NCBI GenBank assembly: GCA_951406725.2
Contig: OX597831.1
Coordinates: forward strand, 73,842,001 to 73,906,000
Direction of reading: 5' to 3'
Source: Octopus vulgaris
Taxonomy: Eukaryota
Length of the DNA: 64,000 nt
Shown: positions 1-13,392 of the stretch, one piece after another
How positions within the stretch are numbered: the stretch's first letter is position 1
Layout of the letters: every line of letters starts with the position of its first letter
Translations under genes and position numbers: made by a program
Notes under the pieces: model-generated
Database searches by the model: none
What the model was told of the DNA's origin: nothing
What the model saw: the letters and a program-made list of their open reading frames with translations, nothing else

Positions 1-5
1 TAAAG

Positions 6-430
6 ATGGCGACATCGGAAAGTACTCTTCCTTCTCCTCACCCGCAGCCTCCACCACCACCACCTGAACCACTACCACCACCACCACCTGAACCACCACT
101 ACCACCACCACCACTACCACCACTACCACCAGCACCAGCACCACCAGCACCACCAGCACCACCAGCACCACCAGCACCGCCGCCATCACCACCACCACCA
201 CCACCTCCACCCCCTCGTCCACCAGCACCAGCACTACCACCACCACCACCACCACCACCACCATCGTCACCCCCTCCTCCACCAGCACCCACCACCACCA
301 CCACCACCACCACCACCACCATCGTCACCCCCTCCTCCACCAGCACCAGCACCAGCACTACCACCACCACCACCGTCCTCCCTCCACCCCACCATACATC
401 TCCATTTTATCACCAAAGATCTTCGCGAAC
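6..430 (+). CDS. Candidate first coding exon, proline-rich (MATSESTLPSPHPQPPPP...)
   Basis: ATG in strong context (aagATGGcg), a non-repetitive N-terminus, and a donor-like AC|gtaaga at 430/431 followed by (TG)n DNA. The body is a CCA repeat and no homology is recognised. Confidence 0.3.
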
Positions 431-949
431 GTAAGAAGTGCGCACGGATGATGCGTATGCACGTGTATGCGTCTATATGCGTAGAGTGGGTGTATGTGTT
501 TGTATGCATGCATCTACGAGTGCGCTTGTGTTCGTGTCTGTATGTGTGCGTATCTGTATGCGTCCGTTGTGTGTGTGTGTGTGTCTCTGTGTGTCAGTGT
601 CTGTGTATATATCTGCCTAGACGTGTGTGAATGTGAATGTGAGTGTGTGTGTATGAGCATGCACATGAGCGTATGTATGTGCGTAAGTATGTGTGTAAGT
701 ATGTGTGTAAGTATGTGTGTAAGTATGTGTGTGTGTGTGTAAGTATGTGTGCGTGTTGTTAGCCGAGGTGTGAGCTTATTGTTTATAGTATTAGTGGTAT
801 TATTATCATCTGTAATGGCGGAGGCGGTAGCAGTGTGGAGGTGGTGGTGGTGGTGGTGGAGGCGATGGCGTGATGGTTAGAGTACGACTAGTGGTGAATG
901 ATGGTTATAGTAGCCTTAGCAGTTGTGGGCGTTAAAGTAAAAGCCATTG

Positions 950-950
<1 letters not shown>

Positions 951-988
<38 letters not shown>

Positions 989-1032
989 ACAGTAGTAGTA
1001 GTAATAGTAGTAGTAGTAGTAGTAGTAGTAAC

Positions 1033-1069
<37 letters not shown>

Positions 1070-1075
1070 ACAGTT

Positions 1076-1112
<37 letters not shown>
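951..1112. repeat. (TAG)n microsatellite
   Basis: Direct reading. Confidence 0.95.
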
Positions 1113-1113
<1 letters not shown>

Positions 1114-1191
1114 CTCGGATTGGCCTGTTTCGTACGTTTTATGAGAATTTCAAATCGGCAGCATTATTAAGCCTGTCTGACACACAGCCTG

Positions 1192-1234
<43 letters not shown>

Positions 1235-1360
1235 CACAAAGGTATATGTATATATATGCATGCATCTATCTAAATATATATGTGTGTATGTGTATATATA
1301 TATACACATATATAGATATATACACATATATATATATGTATATATATGTATGTATGTATG

Positions 1361-1415
<55 letters not shown>

Positions 1416-1578
1416 AAAGAGGAAAAATGACGCTAATTCGGAAGCCATTATGGATTCTTATCTCCAACCTCAGCTGTGAACTTGGAACCTAAAGCATAAC
1501 CAATTATAACACGTACACAGCGTACTTATTCGTTTAGATCACCAGCGAACTAAACCTCTCATATTCTATATATATATA

Positions 1579-1937
1579 TGATTAAAAATCGTGTTGTAAA
1601 CAAACATATGAAAATATACTAAATTCACAAGCAAACAGAAAGCACAGAGTATCACCAACATTTCATCAGTTATCGGCCAGAGGATCAAAGGCAATTTCGA
1701 CCATTATCGATAATGTTGATTCCACTCTGGGGACATCGGCAAGAAACTTGCCGGGAACGGGACCAAAAGATAATAAAACGAGGCGGGTTCGAGACGAGAC
1801 CGTTAGTGAGAGTAATATTATCAATAAGGGCTGACATTGCGCTTGACCTTCTTGCCGATAATTGAAGTGGAGTTGGTGACCCTCTGTGTTTTCCGTTCGT
1901 CTATTTGGTATATGTTTGTTTACAATACATATTTTAA

Positions 1938-1940
<3 letters not shown>
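1579..1940. mobile_element. Foldback/MITE-like element with ~90-100 bp imperfect terminal inverted repeats
   Basis: tgattaaaaatcgtgttgtaaacaaacatat...atcaccaac...ttatcggc (1579-1678) mirrors gccgataa...gttggtgac...atatgtttgtttacaatacatattttaatca (1854-1940). Flanked by (TA)n and (CA)n. Confidence 0.65.
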
Positions 1941-2032
<92 letters not shown>

Positions 2033-2850
2033 GATAGATAAATAGAATCATAGCTTGTAAAGAATTGTGATTTTTAAAATAATTTTCTTTAGTAACTACC
2101 AAATCTAAGGCAAGAGGACAGCATCTGTTTAGAATGGAATGCAGGAGTGAGTTGACAGTTTATAGTTGGGTATGGTCATAACAATTGTCAGGAGTTTAGG
2201 ATTAGTATAAAGTAACTGTCAATAAAGGAGGCTGGGCAGAGTAAGACCTCAAATCAAGATGTTAATTACCAGTTAAAGAGGCAAGGCGCTAATAAAACCT
2301 ATGATGTTAATACAGAGGAAATTATCATGGGGTACAATGGATGATTGTGTATAAACAATATTGTTATGTTGTATAAAGATAAAATTTAAGATTATCAAAA
2401 GTGATATTATAACCAGAATAGATAAACTGTTTTCAACATTAGAAAGGGAAGATTACATAGAATTAGTTTAATATTCATTCCTGTACTTAATTATTTACTT
2501 ATTTGATGGTTTCTGTAAAGATTGCTCTGGGTATTTGCTTATAGAATACTGTGGCGATAAATCATACTATCTTTATATTAATTATAAGCTAAGAATCAGA
2601 AAAAAAAAGTCAGAAAAAAAGTTGTGTACAGATAATACACATATTTAACTATGTGCACACATGCAAATACACACAAATATTTGTGCTTTATTATGAGTAT
2701 GTTATAATCAACTCTCATAGACTTAAGTGACTAGAAAGTTTATATCTCTCTGTAAGAACATTGATAACATAAGAGATAAGAGATTAATAGATAAAGTTAT
2801 CAAATTAAGAAAACAAAATAACCAGAAATTATAGAGAATAATATATACCC

Positions 2851-3245
2851 TTTTACTCTTTTACTCTTTTACTTGTTTCAGTCATTTGACTGCGGCCATG
2901 CTGGAGCACCGCCTTTAATCGAGCAACTCGACCCCGGGACTTATTCTTTTTGTAAGCCCAGTACTTATTCTATCGGTCTCTTTTGCCGACCCGCTAAGTA
3001 ACGGGGACATAAACACACCAGCATCGGTTGTCAAGCAATGCTAGGGGGACAAACACATACACGCATATATATATATATACATATATACGACGGGCTTCTT
3101 TCAGTTTCCGTCTACCAAATCCACTCGCAAGGCTTTGGTCAGCCCGAGGCTATAGTAGAAGACACTTGCCCAAGATGCCACGCAGTGGGACTGAACCCGG
3201 AACCATGTGGTTGGTAAGCAAGCTACTTACCACACTGCCACTCCT
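2851..3245 (-). mobile_element. tRNA-derived SINE, family A, full length
   Basis: Minus-strand head with A/B-box-like motifs (tggcagtgtggtaag; ggttcagtccc), an internal (TA/TG)n tract and a (taaaagag)n tail. Near-identical to 54333-54752. Confidence 0.9.
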
Positions 3246-4111
3246 AGGAGGTAAGTTCACATCAGATATGACACTAAAAATTAATTTCCTTTTAAAAAAA
3301 GACTAATAAGTTAAATATGAAGCACCATCCTTTACAAGCCATGACCATAACAAACTTCATAGTTCTTAGAAGTGTAATAAATTCTTAGCTACATTAGTAG
3401 CAACATGGACTCTTTCTCGCTTTTTGCTCTATTAGAGAATTTGAGTAAAATTATATTAATGTGTCCAACTGATTAAAAATTCTATTTATTTATGCAGCTG
3501 AGGATAGCCCTGCATTTAAATTGATGTAATGATTGTATTGCTCAATTAAATGGAGCCGCTTGAAACAGTCGTGCTGCATCACCTCTTGATATCCTGTTGC
3601 TTATTTTTATACACACACACACACATATATATTTGTTTTCAGGATTAAATAAAAAGACAACAAACAGAAAATATAACATAACTGTGTGTATGTGTGCGCG
3701 CGCGTGTGTGTATATATGTGTGTGCCTCTCTCTGCCTGTGTGTGTGTGTGTGTGTGTGTGTATAATTGAAAATACCTGTAGTAAATAAGCATACAATCAT
3801 GTACTAAATCCACAGACGAACGGGAAGCAGATATGTATATATTGACAATAAGGAGAATGAAGAATTGGAACATTGAAATTTTATGATTCTTTCCATTTGG
3901 TTGATTCCTAATAATTGTTATTATGAACCAACAAACTGGAAATAAACATAAAGTTTGTTCTTCATTCTCTTTATTGTCGATATTGTACTTTACCAGAAAG
4001 GAACTGCAACATCTGATGTGAGTGAAAGGAGGTTTACCAAAAAACGCACCACCAGAAGGAATCAGCAGCACCTACCTGGATATTATATCCCTCCTCTTAC
4101 TATATAAATGA

Positions 4112-4261
4112 ATGGCTGTGTGGTAAGTAGCTTGCTTCTCAACCGCATGGTTCCGAGTTCAGTTCTACTGCGTGGCCCCTTGAGCAAGTGTCTTCTACTA
4201 TAGCTTCGGGCCGACCAAAGACTTGTGAGGGGATTTGGTAGACTGAAACAGAAAGAAGCCC

Positions 4262-4263
<2 letters not shown>
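4112..4263 (+). mobile_element. SINE family A, 5' half
   Basis: atggctgtgtggtaagtagcttgc...gaaagaagccc matches the family A head and ends in (TA)n. Confidence 0.85.
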
Positions 4264-4297
<34 letters not shown>

Positions 4298-4379
4298 TTA
4301 TAGATTCAGATGAATATGGTACTTAAGTCAGAGGCACCAGAGTATATCTTAGGTAATTTGGTACAACCGTTTCATGCTA

Positions 4380-4467
<88 letters not shown>

Positions 4468-4470
<3 letters not shown>

Positions 4471-4790
4471 GAGGAGACCCCCTTCGGTCATGAATGACCA
4501 TGGGATTGACTTAGAAAGTTACCCTCCGAAGCACAAGTCTTGGCAAGGTTGTTTATGGAAGACCAGCAGTCGCCCATGCATACCAACCTCCCCTCTCTAC
4601 GCCACCGATGTCATCCAAGGAAAAGGCTAAGGAGCCGACACAGTTTGTCACCAGTAATGTCGCAACTCATTTCTATAGCTGAGTTAACTGGACCAACGTG
4701 AAATAAATTGTCTTGCTTAAGAACACAACACGCAGCCCGGTCCGGGAATCGAATTCACAACCTCACGACCGCAAGCTCGATGCTCTAACC
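4468..4790 (-). mobile_element. tRNA-derived SINE, family C, interrupted by the hAT element
   Basis: Minus strand has tRNA-like ggttagagcatcgagcttgcggtcgtgaggttgtgaattcgattcccgg. The head is cut at 4790 by the hAT terminus. Confidence 0.7.
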
Positions 4791-7470
4791 CAGTGCTTTT
4801 CAACCTTTTTGCTGGAGCGGAAACCCAAGGAAACACTCCACTGGCTCGAGGAACACCTGTGCAATAATTTAATTGTCTTATGCAAAAAAACAGCATTTAA
4901 TTAATGAAATGAAAATACTCATGTTCAGATTTATTTACAATAAAATGACAAACTGTAAAAAATTGTCACGTACATATGCAATTTTATTCTTGCATCTACA
5001 GTTATTATTAAAACATGTATTAAAAAAACTTTAGTTTGAATAGACTACATCCATTCTCATCAAAAACTCAATGAGAAACTTGAGCCTGGTATTTCTTGCA
5101 CAACTCTTTAAGATTGGGTCGATAGACACACACAAAGTTCATCTTCCACAGGCAGCAATTGTGCTCGCTTCTTGTGCTTGATGGTTGTCAGGACTGAAAA
5201 TCCACATTCACAGAAGTAGGAGGTTGAAAACTGCAAAAGAAGTTGCAGCGCTTTCTGGGCGATTGCAGGATTTTCCTTTTCAACCAGCAACCAAAATGCA
5301 TTCAGATTAAGCTCAGAATGCTTCAACTTTAATGTTCTGTCATTTAAAACACTGGCAAGTTCTGTTAATGTGTAATGTTCTTCAAATGGCTCAAATTCCA
5401 CAAATGGGTTTCTAATCCAGTCATACTGGTCAACAGATATCGATGGAAAATATTTCTCATGGTTTGTTAACAAAGTGTGTAAATGGTTCAAAATCAGTAG
5501 CGCAGTTTCTTGACAATTTCTTTTAAAAACACTTGGAAACATTTCCAAATTTCCTGCAGCTATGCGTTTCTTCCATATTGTCAATTTCTTCTGAAAAGCA
5601 TTTATTTTGTCAGTAGAAGACAAGATATTTTCGTTCCTGCCCTGTACGCCATTGTTCAAGAGGCTTATATGCTAACTTGGAACACCAATGGTCATCACTC
5701 AAACATTCTACAAAGTCTTTCAGGTTTTCTTGCAAACAAAAGGTCAATAACTCTTCTCTTAATTCGTAAAATCGAGACAATACTTTTCCCCTTGACAACC
5801 ATCGTATTTCAGGGTGCTGGATTAAGGTGGAATGGTCTGCTTCCATACCCACACAGAGTTTCACAAACTGTCGACATTTAAGTGGCCTCATTTTGAAGTA
5901 GTTATCTATTTTCACTACCATATTCAATGCAGATTTTTGTTCAGGTCCAAGAGTTTTAGCAACTAGTACTTCTCTATGAATGAAACATTTGGATTTTGTT
6001 TTTGTGCGATTGGGACAAAGCTTTTAAGACATCCTGTCATTGCAGGGGCACCATCTGTACAAATACCAACTCAGTTTTTCCAGTTCAATCCACAATACTC
6101 TAAATATGAATTTAAAACATCAAATACATCTTGTCCTTTTCTTGTTTCTGGCAACTCTTTGCAACACAGGACGTCATCTACAATAGCTTCATCATTAATA
6201 CAACGAACAAACACAAGGAGCTGTGATTTACCAGTGATGTCTGTACTCTCATCAACTTGAAGTGCAAACAACTTATGTTTCAGTATTTTTGACTTAATAT
6301 TGCACTCAACGTCTCCTGACATGTCTTGAATGCGCCTAATTATTGTGCTGTCAGAAAGTGGAATTTTATTCAGCTCTGATACAGCATCCTCTCCTAACAT
6401 TATCCTCACCATTTCCTGGCATGCAGGTAAAATTACAGTTTCAGCGATAGTATGAGATTTCATTTTTCTTGCAACTATCTCCGTCACTGCATAACTTGCT
6501 TCTTGTCCTTTGTCACTCAACTTGAACATTTTGGCAAACATAGAAACTTGCCTTTTATTAAATGCCAATTCTCTTTTAAAATATTGTTCTTTTTTGCCTG
6601 ACAACTCTGGACGTTTAGTTGTTAAGTGTCGTTTCAGTTTGGCTGGTGCCATAGCACTATTAGCCAGCTTCTCCCCAGAAACAGTATACAAAGGTGAAGA
6701 GCAGTTTGGGTTTCCAGTCCAAGTAAATCCCAGAGCTGTGTAGTTTTCACAATATTGACGAACTTTTAGTTGCAGGTTAATTCCATCATTTCTTGGTAAT
6801 TTCGACGAGGCAGCATCACTGGTAGTGGCTGCAGCTTCAACAGACTGCCTCAGACCCTGCGTCTCTTCATCTGTATCTAACGTTTTTTTTTCAGAAATCT
6901 ATCCATACTTGGCTGTAAGCAGAATTGTATATATATAAAAGCAAACCTAATAGTGGCAGGACAAAAAGATCTTTAAAGTGTAGCGAGTTTAATGACGTAA
7001 AATTTAGCATTTTTTATTTATGTTTTTTAGTAATAGGTATTTGATTATATTTAAACAATATGCATATAATAATAAAATAGATTTTCGGATTTGAATTTAA
7101 AATTTCATTTATTTGTTCATTGTTCTAATTCAGAAATTTGTAAGATATTAATATTTATGCATATTTACTTATTTCATAATTTAGTATCAGTTTCCCTATT
7201 ATTTTTTTTTCTACACATGTAACTCTCTTTCGAATTTTTTAATCTTAATATTTGATCAAATATTGATAGACGTCATACAAGAAAAAGATTTTACAAAAAC
7301 GCCTTTTAAAACGCTAAAGATCTTTTAAAAGGCGTATTAACAACAACACCTAAATGGCTTACGCAGTTAAAATGTTTCTTCCAAATATAGTCACTCGTAT
7401 TTTACAAAAGAAAACTAAACCATCATCTACGCTGGCGTGCAAATCGTAGATGTACACGAGATATAGACAG
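4791..7470 (-). mobile_element. hAT (Buster/Charlie group) DNA transposon, decayed, one terminus visible
   Basis: hAT-type end cagtgcttttcaaccttttt at 4791, preceded by an 8-bp NNNTANNN site (ctcTAacc). Carries a transposase on the minus strand. The right boundary is approximate. Confidence 0.85.
5068..6906 (-). pseudogene. Buster/ZBED5/SCAND3-like hAT transposase with frameshifts and stops
   Basis: MDRFLKK start, BED-like YTALGFTW...PAKLKRHL, FALQVDESTD, HPEIRWLSRGKVLSRFYEL, WIRNPF, FSTSYFCECGFS, and a C-terminal QAQVSH*. Split over ORFs 6071-6691, 5610-5927 and 5108-5659. Confidence 0.92.
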
Positions 7471-7588
7471 ATAAGGATGAAAGGCAAAGTCGAGCTCAGC
7501 CGCCTTCATATATATATATATATATAATGATAAATATCAAAGTGAGTTATATAGGGGTTAGCCATATTGAAATGGCAAAAATACGTCA

Positions 7589-7673
<85 letters not shown>

Positions 7674-7735
7674 CATACATATATATATGTATATACAAAT
7701 ATATGTATATGTATATATATGTATCTGTGTGTGTA

Positions 7736-7767
<32 letters not shown>

Positions 7768-7789
7768 TATGTTTGTAAGTTTGTGGGTA

Positions 7790-7985
7790 TGCGTTTGTCT
7801 CTTCCAACATCGCTTGACAGCCGACGATGGTGAGTTTACGTCCCCGTAACAATAGCAGTTCGGCAAAAGTTTCCGATAGAATAAGTACTAGGCTTACAAA
7901 AGACTAAGTCCTGTGGTCGATTCACTCGACTAAAGGCACTGCTCCAGTATGGCAGCAGTCAAATGACTGAAACAAGTAAAAGAAT
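7790..7985 (+). mobile_element. SINE family A, 3' half
   Basis: cgcttgacagccg...tttacgtccccgtaac...aaatgactgaaacaagtaaaaga. Confidence 0.85.
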
Positions 7986-8486
7986 ATTAGAATATAAGAA
8001 TAATGGAATAAAAGAATAAAAACAATATAAGAATATAAAGATTGTCTAACATAAAATGTCTGCGCTGCATTTTTTTTTCTTTTCAAAGATGTAAACTGGT
8101 TTTGGTCGCCATTGAAATCGTTCGTTCAAAGTGTTACTGTTACCTTGGCAACGACCTACATACACGACACCGCAAATAAAAGCTTTCTCGGATTTGCTGA
8201 ACATCTTTCTCGAGATGTCATTGGAGATATTTTAAATTATTATTATTATTATTATTACTATTATTATTATTGTTATTGTTATTATTGTTGTTGTTGTTGT
8301 TGTTGTTATTATTATGATTATTGTTGTTGTTGTTATTATTATTATTAATGTAAAGATAATCGTTTGTATATTTAATATTTACATGCTCGTACACATACAT
8401 ACATACGTACTATGTGTGTGTGTATCTGTATATATGTATATACTTATATATGTTTGTATATATATATATATATATATATACATACA

Positions 8487-8584
<98 letters not shown>

Positions 8585-8848
8585 GTATATATATATATAT
8601 ATGTATATATATTTCGTTATATATATATATATATACATACACATATACGTATGCCTCTAACTATCCATCTCTTTGTCTGTCTATCTGTCTGTCCACACAC
8701 ACACACACACACACATACACACACACGCACATACGTATATATGTCTGTGTATGTGTGTGTGTGTGTGTGTGCGTGTGTATGAGTGTGGTTTCACATGCAC
8801 AAAATCTCTCCCGCATCCCATTCATACATTGACAGCTACACACATTCG

Positions 8849-8913
<65 letters not shown>

Positions 8914-9209
8914 GCACACATACATGTAAGAGTACGTATGCAAAATCGACAGACTCATTCATACATGTTTACATACATATCTACATATCAAGAAACGGCG
9001 AGAGAGGGAGGAGAGAGGGAGTTAGGGAGAGGGAGAAAGAGAAGGAAAAAGGGAGAGGGGGAGGAGTTATGGAGAGATGGAACTTGTGAAAAGTGTGCAA
9101 GTATTGTTTTCTGCAAGGTAGCAATTCTCGAAGACGTTTCAAGTGGGAAGAACATTCTGGAATATTTAAAGTAATTTTAGAAGGATAAAAAAGGGAGCGG
9201 GAATGAAGA

Positions 9210-9548
9210 GGGAAGAAGGAGGAAGAGGGGGAGGAGGAGGAGGAGGAGGAGAAGAAGAAGAAGAAGAAGAAGGAGAAGAAGAAGAAGAAGAAGAAGAAGA
9301 AGAAGAAGAAGAAGAAGAAGAAGAAGAAGAAGAAGAAGAAGAAGAAGAAGAAGAAGAAGAAGAAGAAGAAGAAGAAGGAGAAGAAGAAGAAGAAGAAGAT
9401 GGAGAAGAAGAAGAAGAAGAAGAAGAAGAAGAAGAAGAAGAAGAAGAAGAAAAAGAAGAAAAAGAAGAAGAAGAAGAAGGAGAAGAAAAAGAAGAAGAAG
9501 ATCAAGAAGAAGAAGAAGAAGAAGAAGAAGATGAAAAAGAAGAAGAAG
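9210..9548. repeat. (GAA/GGA)n polypurine microsatellite
   Basis: Direct reading. Confidence 0.95.
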
Positions 9549-9793
9549 TTGGCGTGCGAAGGCGAAAAAGGAATAATAATGTTAATAATAACAAAATGAA
9601 GGGTAAAAAAAATAAGAAGAAAGAAGAAGCCGGCGAAGGAAAAAGGCGTAGGAAAAATGGGGAGAGAAAGAAAGAGAGACAGAAAGAGAGATAGAAAGAG
9701 AGACAAATAGATAGATAAAGAGAGAGGGAGAAAGAGACAGGGAAAAGGACTAAGTGAAGAAGAAAGCATTAACATTTCAAAAATGCGAAAAAA

Positions 9794-9917
<124 letters not shown>

Positions 9918-9919
9918 TA

Positions 9920-10295
9920 TAGCCATTAGACTGCGGCCATGTTGGGGCAGCGCTTTGAATAATTTTATTCGAACGAATCGAATCCAGTCCCTATTATTTT
10001 AAGTCTCGTACTTATTGTATCGGGTACTTGATGCCGAACCTCTCAGCTGGAGCGACGTAAACACCTGTTGTCAAGCGGTTATGGGGGAGGAACAAACATA
10101 CGCACACGCGCACATACACACACACGCACGCATACAGATACATATACGATGGGCTTCTTTCAGTTTCCGTCCACCAATTCCACTTACAAGACTTTGGCCG
10201 GCCTGAGGCTGCAGCAGATGACACTTGCTCAAGGTGCCACGCAGTGAGACTGAACCCAGAACCATGTGGTTGGGAAGCAAACTTCTTGCCACACC
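9920..10295 (-). mobile_element. SINE family A, diverged copy
   Basis: Colinear with 2851-3245 (gactgcggccatg...gggcttctttcagtttccgtc...accatgtggttgggaagcaa). Confidence 0.85.
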
Positions 10296-11118
10296 TCCAC
10301 GTCTGCGCTTATATATATGCATATATATAGATATACGCACATTCTGGGTTTTCTCTACCACCCCTTCCTTTTTTATCTAACCTTACTGTCCCTCTCTCTC
10401 CCATTCTTCATTCTTCATTCCCTTTTTTCTCTCCCTTTCACCGATCCCTTTCTCTTACTCCTCCTCCTCCCTCCCGTTGCTGACACGTGACCAGAGCGTC
10501 ACTGCCTTTCTGACTACTGCCTCCAACAAGTGTAGATGGCCTTTTCTGTCCCTCTCTCAAGCCGTTCTCAAAGCGTTCAAAATAATTTTTCCTTTCGTTC
10601 AGGCTTAACAACCCTTACTGTTTGTGTTACTGTTATTCTCCTTCTCCTGTCTTTTACTGTTTTTATTAGTATTGTTTTTACTGTCCTGTTTTTGTTACCA
10701 CTCCGCAAAAAATCGCAAATGTTATTTAATTTGCTTTGCGGGAAGGACTGTTTCAAGGAAGTCGTGTCTCGCCTTTACCTTCGAAACACGGAGTAGACGA
10801 AGCAGAGACGGCTGAAGAAGGGGAATTTCCCTTGTGTTGTATGTCTTGTACTCTGTTTTTTCGTTGTTTAAGAAAAATGTCCGTTTCCTTGGTTTTGTTT
10901 TTATGTTTTCGTTTCTCTTTGTGTTCAACGTTTTTTTTTGTGTCCTGTACCCATATATGCATGTATATATACATATAGATGTAGGTACGTACATATGTGT
11001 ATGCATATATGCATATGTTTTATTTATTATTTTGTTATTATATATATATATACACATACATATATACTTATATATATATATACATATATACTTTATATAT
11101 ATATACATATATATATAT

Positions 11119-11149
<31 letters not shown>

Positions 11150-11159
11150 CATATATACT

Positions 11160-11213
<54 letters not shown>

Positions 11214-11651
11214 CACATATATGAGTGCGTACGCGTGTGTGTATGTATGTGTACATAACAAGTGAAGAATAGAGTTGTTGATACTTCATTCATTGTATGG
11301 TTTACAATCGTTTCATCATGCGTGGTTCGCGTATCAAATATTTTGTGGCTCACCCAGACATCTTCACACGTTAATAGAATTTAAGTGAATAACCAATACC
11401 AATGCTTTCGTACTGGCATATCCAGCCCATAACTATTCAGCTAGATCCTATGACTTACGGCCTGCCAACATGTCTCGTAAGAATGGTAATAGCAAGAATG
11501 TAAATGACGTCTCCTTTTTGAGTAATTCAAATGCCAATTTGAAACGTTGCTATTGGTGATTCATTTAAACCCTCTTAAAGAATTCATCATCCCTCTTTCC
11601 TCTGTACAGCATTTCTTTCTGTTCGATATTGACGCACGCGTACTCAAACAT

Positions 11652-11682
<31 letters not shown>

Positions 11683-11699
11683 CACATACACACATACAC

Positions 11700-11822
11700 A
11701 CACGTACACCCATATGCACACACATACATACACATACACACACGTACACCCATATGCACACACATACATACACATACACACACGTACACCCATATGCACA
11801 CACATACATACACATACACACA
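11700..11822. repeat. Minisatellite, ~3 x 40 bp (cacgtacacccatatgcacacacatacatacacatacaca)
   Basis: Three tandem units are visible. Confidence 0.85.
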
Positions 11823-12452
11823 CACAGCGCGCGCGTAACGTATTAATGTACAGGTAAATCAGTAGAGACCATTTATGTTACTTCCGGTTAAGCCATGAGA
11901 AACTGTTTTCATTATTAGTTTGAGAAATAAATGGTTCATTTTCTCTAACGAGGAGACAATTAACCCCGAAACAAACCTCACTCTCCCCCTCTCTCTCTCT
12001 CTCTCCCTCATCTCCCTTTCTCTCTCTCTCTCTCTCCCTCCCCACCTCTCTTTCCTCCCAATGTATCTTATTTATCCATTACCATCAGAAAATATTTCTC
12101 TCCGACGAGGAATTCAGATTTGTTATTTCTAACAGATCGGCTGTTGTTTAACCCTAGGTAAGCTATAATCAAGCTGATAAATGGTCAAATACGTCAACCA
12201 TGATCGTCTCGTTTTTTAAGGTTATCTAGAAACACAAAATTGAATATGTTCTTCCTTTTTTTTAAGGCAATAAAGTGAGATGAGGAACATTTGCTGACTG
12301 TTTCTAGCAGTTGCAAGCGGCCACGTAAGCGTTTTTCATTGGTTCGAGCTTGTTGTGGTAACGGTAGGAGGTGGATGTTGAGTAGGAGGAAGAGATGAAT
12401 CAAAAGAGAAACATGCTGGAGAGAGAAACAGAGTAGGAGAGACAGAACAGGG

Positions 12453-12483
<31 letters not shown>

Positions 12484-13310
12484 AGTAGGGGTGGTGGTGA
12501 TAGTGGTGATGATGGCGACGACGACGGCGGCGGCGTTGGTAATGATGACTATGGTGGTGGTGGTGGTGGTGGCAGAGGAAAAGTAAAAAAATGAAATAAA
12601 AGAAACAAGTTTCTTCTCCGTCAAAAACTCTAAGAGATATAGAGAAGAAGAAGAAGAAGAAGAAGAAGAAGAAGAAAAAAAGCAAGAGAATGACAAAGGA
12701 AAACACATGAATGCGACATAAACGAACAACGCCAGCGTCACCAGCAGCAGCAGCAGCAGCAGCAACGATAGCAACAACAACAACAACACCAACAAGAAGA
12801 ATAATTACATTGAAAATGGCAGCTAAAGCAGGATTTCCTCCATTATTCCTTCCTTCATTTCATGCTTCCTTCCTTCGTCGAGGTTGAGAAAACCTGAAAG
12901 AATTCTTGAAAGGAGAGAAGGAAAGAGAGGGAGAAAGAAGAAAAAGAAGAAAACGAAAGAGAAGAAGAAAATATAGAAAGAATAAAGAAAGAAAGATTAT
13001 CTCTGAAAAATTGCAAATTTCCTTTCTGTTTAGTTTGTTCTTTCGAATGTTACCAGAATCTCTTTTCTTCGCAACAATTCGCCATCAGACTGGCTTTTCG
13101 CTTGTTTTCGCCGTTGTTGTTGTTGCTTCTGATTGCATTGTTGTTGTTGTTGTCGTCGTATTGTTGTCATATTGTTGCCGATGTTGTTGTTTCTATTTCC
13201 AGCACGTTCTCTGTAGTTTTGATCCATTTCCAAACTGCAAGACAAAAGAAAAGCCTTTAGACGACAAGCGAAGAACGAGAAGGCATCGGGAGAGAGAGAG
13301 AGAGAGAAGG

Positions 13311-13392
<82 letters not shown>

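Noticed and set aside
9203-9694. 163-aa poly-Glu ORF
   Set aside because: Pure (GAA)n expansion, open in several frames.
10536-10796. 86-aa ORF with a transmembrane-like stretch and a good acceptor at 10602
   Set aside because: The hydrophobicity derives from T-rich low-complexity DNA and no homology is recognised. It cannot be supported without transcripts.
12320-12342. ER-stress element (ERSE)
   Set aside because: Orientation and spacing do not fit CCAAT-N9-CCACG or ATTGG-N-CCACG.
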